The notes under the pieces are model-generated. The model did no database searches and had not been told where the DNA came from. It saw only the letters and a list, made by a program, of their open reading frames with translations. From Dictyostelium discoideum (lineage: Eukaryota): a stretch of DNA of 64,000 nt. The DNA is taken from contig CM000151.3 of the NCBI GenBank assembly GCA_000004695.1, positions 6,272,001 to 6,336,000 on the forward strand. Reading direction: 5' to 3'. The first letter of the stretch is position 1. Every line of letters starts with the position of its first letter. Below, piece after piece: positions 49,257 to 61,534 of the stretch. A program made the position numbers and the translations under genes.

Positions 49257-52200
49257 TTAATCACTTGAATCACTTGAAATATCATCATCATCTTCTTCTT
49301 GTTCAGATTGTTCAGATTCTTGTAAACCATGTTGTTTTAATTTTTGTGAAGCATAATTTAAAGCCTCTTCGAAACGTTGAGATGGAGTTTCTTCATCAAT
49401 ATCTGATTCCTCTTGATTAGATTCTGTTTGTTTTTTCTTTGATTCATCGTCAGAGGTTTCAATATCTGAAGTATCTTGAGAAGGTGATTTTCTTTTTGGT
49501 GGTGATTTTTGTTTTGTGGTTGATTGGTCAGTATCTTTCATTTCAGTATCTGAAGTTTGTTGATTATTATCTTTTTCTTTTTCAATATTTTCCATTTCTT
49601 TATCTTGTGGTTGACTTGATTGACTTAATTCATCATCACCTTGTTGCTTAATGATACCACCAAAACGTATGAATCTCTCTTTTACTTGATTAAATTCAGC
49701 TGCTCTAAGAAGATATTCTTTATGAAGTTTTTCAAATATTTTCTTGTCATGTTTAAGTTTTTCAGAGGAATCAGCATTTGAATCTTGATTAGCCTCATCT
49801 TGAACCATTATAGCGCAGGCCTCTTCAGCTTTAGCCAAAGCTTTGAGAGCCCTCTTTTTAGCACGTTTAAATTCAAATGCGACGAGATGTTTATTTTCAG
49901 CAACACCCAAAACTGGTCTATCTTGATTAAACTCTTCTTCTGTAATACCTTGATAAGAGTAATCGAAAGCACTACCATTATCCAATTGTTTAATAACGTT
50001 AAGAGCATCTTCAGTTGAACCTGGTACTAACTTAGAACCACCTTTATTGAAAACAACAATCCAATTTTGATTAGCATCCATGACAAACTCTGGACCAAAA
50101 GTAGTGGCAATGAATTGAATCTCTCTTGAATGTTTACGAATCATCTTTGATACGGCTACTCTATAGTTATGATCGAGTGCAGCATCAATTTCATCTAAAA
50201 GATAGAATGGAGCAGGATCAGTACGTTGAAGTGCGAAAATTAAAGCCAAAGCTACCAAAGTTTTTTGACCACCACTTAATTGTCTCATTGAACATGGTTC
50301 ATGACCTTCACCAAATGAAACTTGAATACCAATACCAGTGAAGGTTAATAATCCTTTTGGAGTTTCACCATCGGCCCATTCTTTTGGATCTTCACCCTCG
50401 CCTTCATCTTCGTCCATTTGACGTTTCATTACTAATTTAGCACTGCCACCTGGAATCAATTCTTTAAATACTTGAGTGAAATTCTTTGCGACACCACTAA
50501 AAGTTCTAGCGATAGCTTCATCTTTTTTATTATCAAGTGTTTTAATAAGTAATTGAATTGAAGCATTGGATTCATAAAGTTCATCTCTTCTTGCCTCTAA
50601 ACTATTGTATTGATTTGTAAAACTATTGAATTGATCATTTGCTTTTTGATTTACATGTCTCAATGAAGCCAATGATTTATTGATCTTATTTAATTCTTCA
50701 ACTGATTGATCTTTATTATATTTCTTCAATTCTTCAAAATTGAATCTATCACCTTTTGATAGTACTCTTAGCTGTTTAGCATCTCTAACTTTATTAAAAC
50801 TTTGAATTTGTGCAAGGAGGGATTCCATCTTTTTACCATCGGCAACCAATTGATCAGCGATTGTAGAGGTTTGTTGTTTCAATGCATCGATTGATACTTT
50901 AATTGGTTTAATTTCAGCGTCTTTTTCATTCAATGATTGAACCAATGATTCTAATTTCTCACGAACACCATCAATCTCTATATTGATCTCATCGATTTCC
51001 TTTTGTTTAAGTTCAATTTGTAATTTAGAGTTTTCAGGATTAAGTGATTTAATCTCACCTTCGATTTCCATTAAACGTTTACCATAGTTTTGATTGAGTT
51101 GATTGGTCATTTGATTCTTTCTAGATTGAAGTTTCATAACGTCTGAAGAGATTGAAATCTTTTGTTCCTTTAATTGAATCGATGATTCACTCAATGTTAA
51201 AAGTAAATTACTCTCTTCTTCAGTTAATTTAGTATTGAATGCTGTATTGATTTGTTTTTGATAACCATCGATAGTATCTTTACAATTTTGAATATCAATC
51301 TTTAATTTCTTTAAGATGGTTTGTTTCTTCTCAAGAATTTCAATGTACATAGTACGTTCAGAGATGATTTTATCCAATTCCACTCTACTATTATCATTGT
51401 TTGATAAGATTTTATTCTTTTCATCCTCTTTGGTTCTAATGGTTTTTTGAATGGATAAAAGAGATGCTTGAAGTTTCTCCAATTCAGATTCCTTCTCAGT
51501 TAATTGAGTTTGAAGTTGTTGATATTGTTGACGCCAATGTTTAATTTGTTGATAACTAGAGAGTTTTAATTTCTTTTTACTATAGTAACCACCGGTTACA
51601 GCACCTTTTGAATGGAAAACATCACCTTCAAATGTAATACAATCGACATGACTTGATTTTCTAACTTGTTCAGCTGTGGCTTCATCTTTACAGATTAAAG
51701 TTTTACCAAATACCAATTTCATTGCCTCTGTATAGATTGGATCGAATGAGATCACCTTAATCAATGGACAAACTAAATCATTCTCTAGTATTGGGAATTT
51801 TGGTGGTTTAGTTCTTACACGATTCAATGGAATGAATGAAAGACGACCAATGTTTTCAGTGTTTAAGATCTCCAATATCTTTGAGGCGGTATCATCAGTG
51901 TCGACCACCACATGGAATAAACCATTGCCACCTACAACCTCCAATGCTAAAGTTGCCTCTGGCTCAACGATATCAAAGAGTTCAACCAATGGACCATGAA
52001 TACCCTTGATTTTACCCTCTTGTCTAATTTGATTCAATCTTGTCAAACCCTCACTCAATGGACGATTCATAATGGTTTGAAGGTTTCTTTCTGCTTTCTT
52101 CCATTCATTTCTATGCTCTGTTAGATTGGATTTCATTTCATTGATCGATTGGAAAGTTGAGGAAACTCGTTGTTCAATTTGATCTTTCTCCAACTTTAAT

Positions 52201-53661
52201 TCATGAACTCTCAATTCTGCTGTCTTTACAATCTCTGCTTCTTTATCTTTTGAAGCCATACTATTATCAAATTGTTTACCCTTTGATTGCTGAATTTGTT
52301 TCATATCCTCTACATCCTCCTCCAATGATTGAGCTTGTTGTTCATATTGGTTAACTATATCCTCAAGTTTTGAACTTTCATCACCCAAATATTTATCTCT
52401 CTCTGTCTTTGATTTAAATTGAAACATACCTTGTTTAACATACAATTCTTGTAAATTTCTTTCAGTACTTGACAATTTATTATCAATATCATCCTCTTGG
52501 CCTATTAACTCCTCTAGTTTTGGTTTAATGATTTCAATCTCTTTCTCTAATTTCTCTTTACTACCACTCAATAAATCTTGTTCCTTTTGTAACTTTTCCA
52601 ATTTAGCTTGTTCCTTTGATAATAACTTTTTAAAATGTTTTTGTTGTATAACTAATTGTGCTTTTTGTTTATCAAATACTTCATTTAATTTTTCTACCAT
52701 AATTTTTTCATTATCAATTTTTTTAATTTCACTTAAAAGTTTATTAAATTTACTTTCATCCTCTTTAAAAAGAAATAAATAATATTAGTATATATATAAA
52801 TTATAAATATTTAAAGTAATAAATAATAAATAAATAATTACTTTTTAATTCATCAGTAAATCTTTCTAATTTTTTAGATTCTTTTGAAGAATGAATTAAA
52901 TATTTTTCTTTTTCTTTTTCAAGATCTAGAATTCTATCATTTGATTCATTTGCTTCTAAATGAATGATATAGGCTTCAAATTGTTTTTTCATTTCAATTT
53001 GAGTTTGATATAATTGTAATTCTTTACGTTCTTTATCTAATACTTTGATACGTTCATCAATGTATTTTAGAAATTCTTCAATCTTTATTGATTTACTCTC
53101 AGACTCTATCATGATTGCAACAGACTCTCTCTTACGTTCTTCATAAACGGTTGCACCTGCTACCTCTTTTAACATATCCAATCTATCAGAATCTTTCATT
53201 AATGCTAATGTATTGATTTTACCTTGTTGTACGATATAGTATGGATTACTACTTGAGAAACCGGCTGCTTCAAACATATTTCTAACATCTGCTTTAGATA
53301 ATTTATTATTACCAATACTAAATTCATCTTTTGATGTACCAAATGTTCTACGTAATGAAAATTCAGTTTTATCAATCTAAAATAATAATAATAATTAGAG
53401 ATTATTTTAATTTTATTAAAAAAAAAAAAAAAAAAAAAAAAAACTTACAGGGAATCTATGATCACTATTATCAAATACAATCTCTACATAACCAGTTTGC
53501 ATTGTATTACCACCATAACTGTGTAATAGTTTTAATCTATCTTCTGAATTATTACCAACATTAAGATCACCTAATAGAAATCTAATTGCTGCAAATAAAT
53601 TACTTTTACCTGCACCATTTCTACCAGCTAGTATTTTATTTTATTTTATTTTTTAAATTAA

Positions 53662-53734
<73 letters not shown>

Positions 53735-53878
53735 GTAAAAAAAAGAAATATTATTATTATTTTTTTAATTTAAACTATACTTACTAACAACATTAAAACC
53801 TGGGTGTAATGTAATAGATGTAAAACCTTGATCTTTATAACTTCTAAAACCTTTTATAAATATGAATTTTATAAACAT
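49257..53878 (-). CDS. smc3: SMC3 (cohesin ATPase subunit) with a C-terminal acidic extension. Exons 53785..53878, 53449..53627, 52842..53376, 49257..52762; introns 53628..53784, 53377..53448, 52763..52841
   Basis: Exon 1 'MFIKFIFIKGFRSYKDQGFTSITLHPGFNVV' (~MYIKQVIIQGFRSY..). Exon 2 'TGRNGAGKSNLFAAIRFLLGD...VEIVFDNSDHRFP' (Walker A). Exon 3 'IDKTEFSLRR...FEAAGFSSSNPYYIVQQGKINTLA...LKEVAGATVYEERKRES'. Exon 4 carries an SMC3-type hinge ('GIHGPLVELFDIVEPEATLALEVVGGNGLFHVVVDTDDTASKILEIL', 'VFGKTLICKDEATAE', 'DCITFEGDVFHSKGAVTGGYY') and the signature 'LSGGQKTLVALALIFALQRTDPAPFYLLDEIDAALD'. All donors are GTAAGT/GTAATT and all acceptors ...AG; phases 1,0,1. Confidence 0.85.
53663..53733. repeat. 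(ATT)n microsatellite inside smc3 intron 1
   Basis: A perfect att repeat of ~23 units. Confidence 0.9.
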
Positions 53879-54633
53879 TTTTTTTTATAAATGAAAAAGA
53901 GAAAAATATTTATATATATAATATATACATATAATTAATTTTCTTTTTTTTTATTTTTTTTTTTTTCTATTTTTTTGAATAAAATGAAATTAAAATTATA
54001 AACGGATAAAAAATAAAAAATTCCAATGGAAAAAAAAAAAAAAATTAAAAAAAAAAAAAAAAAAAATTTGGCGCCAATTTCGTGGAAAATGAAAGAATTA
54101 TTGAAAAAAAATAAAGACAAAAATAATCCAATTCTATTTTTTTTTTTTTTTTTTTTAAAATTATATTTTATTTCTATTATTATTATTTTTTTTAAATTAT
54201 TATTTATTTTATTATAATTTTTTTTTAATAAAATTTTTAATTTAATTTATTATTTTATTTTTTTTTTGTTTCAAAAGATTGAAATAAATAATTAAAAAAA
54301 AAAACTATTTTTAAAATTTTATGTTTAAGGTATTTTGACTTTTTTTTTTTTTTTTTAATACTTGTAAATGTTGCTATTTCATATAATGTCATGTGATGTC
54401 AAAATACCTCTTCAAAAAAAAAAAAAAAAAAAATAAAAAAATAAAAAAATTTAGTTGGAAATAAATAAAAACAGAGTAATCAACCAGATATTTAAAAAGG
54501 ATTGATATCACGCAATGTTTTTGATAAAAAATAAAAAAAAAAATTTTTAATTTTTTTTTTCTAATTTTTTTTTTTTTATTTCAAATTTTTTTTTTTTTTT
54601 TTTTTTTTTTGTAATTTATTATTTTTTTTGTAT

Positions 54634-54671
<38 letters not shown>

Positions 54672-54679
54672 GTAAAGAA

Positions 54680-55530
54680 ATGGAAAAATTTCAAAGAGAA
54701 TTAACAGATCAAGCAATTAAAAAGATTGTTTCAACATTAAGATCAATTTTATATAGAATAGAAACTAAAGACTGTAAAGATGTTGTTGGTTTATTAGAAC
54801 CATATATGGATGAAGAATCTTATCAAAATATTAGAGAGACATTTTTAAGATATCAAGAGAAACATAGATTAAATGAATTTGCAGATGATGAAGAGGATAT
54901 TTTAGAAGATGAAGAAGAGGATGAAGATGAAGATAATATAAATAAAAATATAGATGATAACACCACCTCCACCACCAACAAATGTGGTGTTAATGGCATT
55001 GAAAATATATCAAATAAATATTTATTACAAATTCAAGATGTTGCAGCAAGATTGGTTTCATCATCAACTGCATCAGCATCAACTTCAAATGGTAGTGGTT
55101 CCAATGGTGAAAGTGGCACCACTCGTTATAATAGAATTGCAGATAGACAATCACGTGAAAATAGCTCACAAAGCTCAAATGGTGGTGGTGGTGGTGGTAG
55201 TGGTGAGAATGGCACACGTAAAAAGAGAAGAGGTGCTTCAAAGGGATTCCCATTGAATTGGGGTCTCATCATGTCAATGGCCTCAAATATCACACTCGAT
55301 CAAGTTCAATCAATGCTCAATGTACTCATTATGGTTTTATCTCGTACTCCAATCAACGTACTCTTCAAACAATTCCATGAATATAAATTCATCATCTCCT
55401 CTGTTTTCGATCTTTTAAATGCAATACTTCGTGGTGATATCAAAGATATTGGCACTTGTCTCATCATTGCTGTCATTGGTGTCATTCGTTTCTCTCAACG
55501 TAAAAATTTAACTTTAATTACAAGTATGTA

Positions 55531-55565
<35 letters not shown>

Positions 55566-55810
55566 TTTGTAATTTAAAAATAACTTTTTATTAATAAATT
55601 TTTAATTTTTTTTTTTTTTTTTTTTTTTTTTTAGCTTTGGAAGTTGCAAAATATCTTTACAATTCTGGTAACAAAAAGAAGTTTGGTTTAATCAGATCTG
55701 TTTCATTGGTTGCTTTCCTTTCCAACCTTTTCAAACTTGTAAATCCACCACCAGTAACTCCATTAGATGTTATACAATTAGTTAAATCCCAAATTCAATC
55801 AAGATTATAA
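54680..55810 (+). CDS. Hypothetical protein (~340 aa) with an acidic/Ser-Gly-rich middle and hydrophobic C-terminal segments. Exons 54680..55523 and 55635..55810; intron 55524..55634
   Basis: Real ATG (aaagaaATGgaaaaa). 'MEKFQRELTDQAIKKIVSTLRSILYRIETKDCKDVVGLLEPYMDEESYQNIRETFLRYQEK...'. Donor ..ACAA|GTATGT (phase 1). Acceptor t(n)AG|CTTTGGAAG gives '..TLEVAKYLYNSGNKKKFGLIRSVSLVAFLSNLFKLVNPPPVTPLDVIQLVKSQIQSRL*'. No family recognised. Confidence 0.55.
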
Positions 55811-55850
55811 ATCCTTCTTTTTTTTTAAAAAAAATAAAATAAAATAAAAT

Positions 55851-55883
<33 letters not shown>

Positions 55884-56016
55884 CAAATTTAAGAGATCCA
55901 TTTAAAAATAAGAAAAATAATATTAAATTTTAATAAAATCTTTTTTTAAAAATACCAAATTAGATTTATGAATTTGTGATTTATATATATATATTTTTTT
56001 TTTTTTCTTTTTTTAA

Positions 56017-56128
56017 AAAAATAAGTTTCCAATTGGTCGGGTATTCATCGACTTAATAATCTTAGAAAAAAGAAAAATAAGTTTCCAATTGATAGGGTAT
56101 TCATCGACTTAATAAACTTAGAAAACTA
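56017..56128 (+). promoter_or_regulatory. Two tandem ~55-bp direct repeats (period ~58 bp) plus further nested small direct repeats (56126..56265), 160-270 bp upstream of the paralogue A start codon
   Basis: 'aaaaataagtttccaattggtcgggtattcatcgacttaataatcttagaaaaa' (56017..56070) and 'aaaaataagtttccaattgatagggtattcatcgacttaataaacttagaaaac' (56075..56128). A third partial copy 'aaagtttccatag' is at 56171. 'aaagaatttagatttttaaaaa' occurs twice (56190.., 56243..); 'ctaaaattttta' occurs twice. Confidence 0.45.
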
Positions 56129-56287
56129 AAATTTTTATAAAAAAAAAAACTAAAATTTTTAAAAAAAAATAAAGTTTCCATAGAAAAAAAAAGAATTTAG
56201 ATTTTTAAAAAAAAAAAAAAAAAAAATATAAATAGTTAAAAAAAAGAATTTAGATTTTTAAAAAAAAAAAAACATTTTAATTTTAAA

Positions 56288-57647
56288 ATGTCTTCAAATA
56301 CTCAAACTGTTCCTATAAATCAAACTCAATTTTCACACCCTCCACCGCCTCCCAGTAATTTTGGTTGGATATTTGCATTATTTGGTGCTATAATTGGTAT
56401 TCCATCTTCAATTAGAAATTTAGCAATTAAATTGATTCTAACACTTATTTTTGTTCCTTTGCTAACAATAATTGCAATACTAAATCCATCATTACAATTA
56501 TATTTAACAGAAAGAAAGATTAGTATATGTTATTACTGGTCGTCTCCATGGTTTTGTACTTCCCCAAAACAACTTTTACCAATGAATTATAGTGTTATAA
56601 TTGATATTAAATCAATTTTGTCACTTAAAGATGGATGGGAAATAGTATCAGATGGTGGGCAATTTTCAAAAAAATTTTTAAACCAAGATGCTGAATATCA
56701 AAAAATATTAATAGCTATAACAGGGGATTATAATAGTGGTAAAACTTGGTTTTTAAATAATTTAGAGAATACTAATTATCAATCTTCATACCAAAATGCT
56801 ACACCTGCATTCTCATTTGTTGAATCATCAATTTCTCCCTATGTTTATATGGATACTCAAGGTTTAAAACGATTAGCATCTTCTTCAATTCGTGATGATA
56901 GCAGTAGACATAGTATCAAGGATATCAAAGCCCTTGATAGTTTGGTTTCAGATTCATACAATGTTCCTAGCATTATTTTTGAAGTTAGAGATACTGGTAA
57001 TAATGATGATTATTGTACTCAGGAACAAAGACATGAAGAGTATTTTCAAGATCAAGTTATTCCAAAAAAAGTTGTTGTTGTTCATAATTTTAAAAATTTG
57101 GAAACAATATCTGAAGTTGAAAAATACATTCGTGACGACATTATTAATCCTGAAATTGGGGGTCAATTAGTCATTAGTTCAACTCCAGGAACCATTGGTT
57201 GCCAATACTGGTATGTTGGTAGAATTTACCATTTCGTTGTTGCTAAAGGAGGATCAAAAGCAGGAAAATTTTATAACAAATGTACATTTGATCTCATTAG
57301 ATCAACTATTCTTACCAATCAAGCTTATGTACCAAAAATAAATATTTTAAATTCTCTCATAATAAATATAGAGCAATCTCTAAGAAATAATTTAAGAGAT
57401 CCAAATTTACCAAAAGATGGATTTGTAAATGTAAAGAAGGATTCATGGAAACTCTTTAGTTTTGTAAGAAATATTTATAATCAATTTTCTTCCAAACCAG
57501 ATCCTGATGAACCAATTGACATTGAAACTAATCCATTTAAATTAATAATAGAAAATAACAAAATTAAATTAACCAACTCTTCATTTGATTTGGAATTTGC
57601 TTTTAAAGATAGCTGTGGATTTAAAAATATTGATTTTAATCCACAAG

Positions 57648-57688
<41 letters not shown>

Positions 57689-58094
57689 TTTATAGATTTT
57701 ATTTCTCAAACATATTAAATACCACTAACTAATTCAATTTTATTTTTTTTAGTGTGACGTAACTTTTAATGAACTTGAAAATAATTTCGGAATTACATGT
57801 GATCTTCCAAATTCATATATAAACTGGAGTTGCTCAAAAAACAATCCTAACATAGTTTTTCTCTATTATGAAAGAAAATCTCCAACATATTCAACCTCAC
57901 ATATTAAAAATAAAATTAATCGTAGAACATATATTAAACATAGAAAATATTTTGTAATTCCAACAAAGCATTGGATTACTTGTAAAAGTTTAATTTCAAC
58001 TGCTGTATATAAAGATGGTACTGCCCATGTATCACTCTCTGAAGATAGTACTGTTGTTGCTGGGTCTCCATTCCCAAAAGATGATAATAATTAA
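56288..58094 (+). CDS. Paralogue A of a tandem family: N-terminal TM segment + GBP/atlastin-like P-loop GTPase domain (exon 1, 56288..57646) + C-terminal HSP20/alpha-crystallin-like exon (57753..58094); intron 57647..57752 rich in (ATT)n
   Basis: TM: 'FGWIFALFGAIIGIPSSIRNLAIKLILTLIFVPLLTIIAIL'. G1 'ITGDYNSGKTWFLNNLEN' (GxxxxGKT followed by LxNxL as in GBP/atlastin), G3 'YMDTQGL' (DTQG as in atlastin), G4-like 'IIFEVRDTGNN' (RD motif of GBP/atlastin). Donor CCACAA|GTAAGT and acceptor t(n)AG|TGTGAC are in phase 0. Exon 2 'CDVTFNELENNFGITCDLPNSYINWSCSKNNPNIVFLYYERKSPTY...RRTYIKHRKYFVIP..ISTAVYKDGTAHVSLSEDSTVVAGSPFP' fits the alpha-crystallin pattern F..D.P....(ISFY)ER...R..G.F.R.F.LP...........DGV..V..PK. 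Confidence 0.7.
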
Positions 58095-58313
58095 AATTAA
58101 AATTTTAAATAAACTAAAAATTCAAATAAATTAAAAAATATAAAAACAATAAAATTTAAAAAAAAAAATAAAAAAAAATGTGTAAATTTTTATTTTTATT
58201 TTTTTTTTTAAAAATTAAAAATTTGATTTAACCAACTTTAATATTAATTTAAATTTTTAATTTAATTTATTATATCAATAATTAATCATTTGATTTGGTG
58301 TGGGTCTTGGTCA

Positions 58314-58344
<31 letters not shown>

Positions 58345-58430
58345 AAAAAAGCCCAGGTTCTATATAAACAAAATTTCTGAATTTGCAAATTTATAGTAGC
58401 TCTAACAGGTGATTACAACTGTGGTAATTA
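58345..58430 (+). pseudogene. Degenerate ~85-bp relic of the P-loop-encoding segment of the GTPase family, in the A-B intergenic region; a second, weaker relic lies at 58678..58725
   Basis: 'gcccaggttctatataaacaaaatttctgaatttgcaaatttatagtagctctaacaggtgattacaactgtggtaa' aligns to gene B 59440..59522 ('..ggtagccagtttgcatctatgtttgtaaatcaacaatctgaatactcaaaattattagtggcattaacaggtgattacaacagtggtaaaac'). 'aaagcccaggtggtattttataaacaaaattaattctgg' at 58678 repeats its 5' part. Confidence 0.55.
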
Positions 58431-59144
58431 ATTTAGAAAAAAAAAGAATTATAAATTTCTAATTGTTGATGGTTTGGAAAAACCCAAAAAAAAAAAAAAA
58501 AAAAAAAAAAAAATAAATCTGTTTCTCTTAGTAAAAGTTCCCATTTTTTTTATTTCTCAAATTTATGAAATATTTTTTTTAAACTCATTTCTTAAAAAAC
58601 AAAAATGCTAAATTTTCCATATCTGCCTTATCTATTATATTTTTTGTTTTTTATTACCTTTTAAACTTTTTTTTTTAAAAAGCCCAGGTGGTATTTTATA
58701 AACAAAATTAATTCTGGTGTATCGAAAACTTAACTTAATAAAATATATTTATGCATTTAATTTAAAATCTTTATCTCTTTTTATTTTTTTATTTTTTTAT
58801 TTTTATTTTTGTTTTTTTTTAGTTCCAAAATAAATAAATACAGATAATTGATCACCATATTAAAAACATTTGAATTTTTAATAAATTTTTTGTAAAATTT
58901 TACAATAATTCTTTTTAAAATCCCATCAAAGTAGCTCGGAATTATCTAAATAATTTTTTTTTTTTTTTTTTTTTTTTTTCGTAAAAAAATAAGCATTTAC
59001 AAGATATTTGTTATTGATCCAAAAATTTTTTTAAAAAAAAATAATTTTTAAAGCAATCTTTTGAAAAAAAAAAAAAAAATTTCAAAGCAAACTTTTGAAA
59101 AATAAAAAAAAAAACGAAACCAAACAAGCAGTATAACATTTAAA

Positions 59145-60882
59145 ATGCCTGATTCTCCTCTCACTGAACCTCGACAGCCTCCACAGCCTCCACAGCCTCC
59201 ACATTTTTTAAGCTGGAGAAATTTTTTAAGCTTTAGAAAATTTATAAGCTGGAAAAATGCTTTTTTAATTTTAATTCCAATTTTATTAGCGATAGGAATA
59301 GGAAACTATGAACAAATAATTCAATATTCTTCTGGCCCTATATTTATTGAAAAATTTGATCAATATAATGTTATAATTAATATTAAATCCATTTTGGCAA
59401 TAAAAGAAGGATGGGGAATAACAACCGATGGTAGCCAGTTTGCATCTATGTTTGTAAATCAACAATCTGAATACTCAAAATTATTAGTGGCATTAACAGG
59501 TGATTACAACAGTGGTAAAACTTTTTTGATCAATAACTTGGAAAACAAGAATTTCCCATCTTCATATCAACATGCAACACCTGCATTTGGGTTTATACAA
59601 TCATCAATTTCAGATTATATTTATATGGATACTCAAGGTTTGAAAAGATTAGCATCATCTTCACTTGATTCCGATAGGGGTACCCATAGCATCAAGGATA
59701 TCAAAGCCATTGATAATTTAATCTCTCAGTCTTATAAAGTTGCAAATTTAATTATCGAAGTCAGAGATACAGGTAACAATGAGGATATTTGCAATACTCA
59801 ACAAAGACATGCCGAGTACCTCCAAGATAGCAAAGCCAATGGATATCAAATCCCTGTTATGGTTGTTGTTGTCCATAACTTTAAAAACATGAGAACCGTT
59901 GCTGAAGTTGAAAAATATATTCGTGATGATATTACAAATCCAGAAATCGGTGGTCAAGAAAAAGAAGTTGATTCAAAAACTGGAGATAAAAAATGCAAAT
60001 ACTGGTATGTTGATAGCGTATTACATTATGTTATTGCCCAAGAAGGCTCTGAAGCTGGTAAAGTTTATAACAAATGTACATTTGATCTCATTAGATTAAA
60101 AGTTTTACAAGATCAAGGTGGTATTCCAAAAGTCAACTTTTTAAATAAACTCACTCTGGTTATGGAACAATCTTTAAGAAATTATATTAAAGATCCAAAT
60201 GTATCAAAAGATTCATTTGTAAGAGTAAAGAAGGATGAAACAATCGTTAGTTATGCAAGTTATCTCAAGTCTTTTTTTTCTTCCAAATCAGATCCTGAAA
60301 AACCTGATCAACCTACCCTTATTGAATCACATCCATTCAAAGTTTCAATACAAAATAACAAAATTAAATTGGTTAACTCTACTTTTGATTTACAATTTTC
60401 TTATAAAGATTGTTGTGGATTTAAAAACATTGATTATTCTCCACAAGTATGTATTATTATTATTTTTTATTTTTTTTATTTTTTTATTTTTCAAAAAAGA
60501 TATCAATTACAACATACTAATTAAATTTTATTATTATTTTAATTTTTAGTATGATGTAATCGAAACTTCAGATTCTTTTTCAATAGTAGTTGATGCACCA
60601 AATTCAATTGTCAATTGGTTTTGCTCGCCAAGTGAATCACACACAATTAGTTTTTATATTGAAAGAAAATTCCCAACATATTTAAGTTCTCATCTTAGAA
60701 GAAATATTAATCCAAGAACATATGGTGAAATCAAGAAAGAGTTTCAAATTCCATCTAGACCATGGATTGACTGCCTAAGATTAATTCCAACTGCTAAATA
60801 TATAGACGGTGTAGCATTTGTATCACTAACTAAAGATAGTACTGTTATTGGTGGTTCTCCATTTCCAGAAGATAAAAAATAA
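59145..60882 (+). CDS. Paralogue B (TM + GBP/atlastin-like GTPase + HSP20-like C-terminal exon). Exons 59145..60446 and 60550..60882; intron 60447..60549
   Basis: 'MPDSPLTEPRQPPQPPQPPHFLSWRNF..', TM 'AFLILIPILLAIGIG', 'LVALTGDYNSGKTFLINNLENKNF', 'YMDTQGLKRLASSS', 'NLIIEVRDTGNNED', 'VVVVHNFKNMRTVAEVEKYIRDDITNPEIGG'. Donor CCACAA|GTATGT, acceptor ..ttttAG|TATGATGTAATC. Exon 2 '..VDAPNSIVNWFCSPSESHTISFYIERKFPTYLSSHLRRNINPRTYGEIKKEFQIPSRPWIDCLRLIPTAKYIDGVAFVSLTKDSTVIGGSPFPEDKK*'. About 60% aa identity to paralogue A across the GTPase domain. Confidence 0.7.
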
Positions 60883-61169
60883 TATTTTTTAAATTGATTA
60901 AATAAATAATAAAAAAAAAAAATAATAAAAAAAAATAAAATAAAATAAAATAAAAAAAAAAAAAAGTAATTATTAAATTACCCTTTATTGTATATAATAA
61001 AATTAATAAATCTAAAAGGATTGGTTTGATTTTTTTTTTTTTTTTTTTTTACTTTTTTTTTATTTTCATAACAACTCCCCTTATTTTTATTTTTTTATAA
61101 TTAAAAAAAATTTGGTTATTAGTGATAGGTGATCTCTATTTTTGGATTTTAAAAAAATAGTGTTTTTCC

Positions 61170-61189
61170 TTTATCCATTTTTGGATAAA
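61170..61189. promoter_or_regulatory. Perfect 8-bp inverted repeat TTTATCCA-tttt-TGGATAAA (two opposed GATA-type cores) ~350 bp upstream of pseudo-paralogue C; a further TTTATCCA is at 61206
   Basis: Seen directly at 61170..61189. TTATC/GATAA is the core recognised by GATA zinc-finger factors. Confidence 0.3.
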
Positions 61190-61534
61190 AAGTATCTTTT
61201 TAGATTATCTTTATCCATCCTCATTTTTTACCCTTTTGAAAATTTTTTTTTTTTTTTTCAAAGATATTTTTTCAATCATAAAAAAAAGTGTTTTAATTTT
61301 ATTAACTAATGTTTTTTTTAAAATCTAATCAAATTTTCCAAATTATATTATTTTTTTATTAAAAGATATTTTTTCAAAAGATATTTGTTTTGATTAAAAA
61401 TTTTAAAAATAAAAAAAAAAAAAATTTTAAAAATTGTTTTTTTTTTTTTAAGACAAAAATAAGATTTTATTTTTTTTTTTTTTTTTTAAAAAGTAAAAAA
61501 ATTTTGAGACTGATTCAACAGTATTATTTTTAAA

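Noticed and set aside
53331-53564. Plus-strand ORF overlapping smc3 exon 2/intron 2
   Set aside because: It is antisense to a well-supported SMC3 exon and runs through poly-A; no coding signal.
61121-61145. 'ttagtgataggtgatctc' as a third relic of the P-loop segment upstream of paralogue C
   Set aside because: Only ~13 matching bases with a gap; not distinguishable from chance at this composition.
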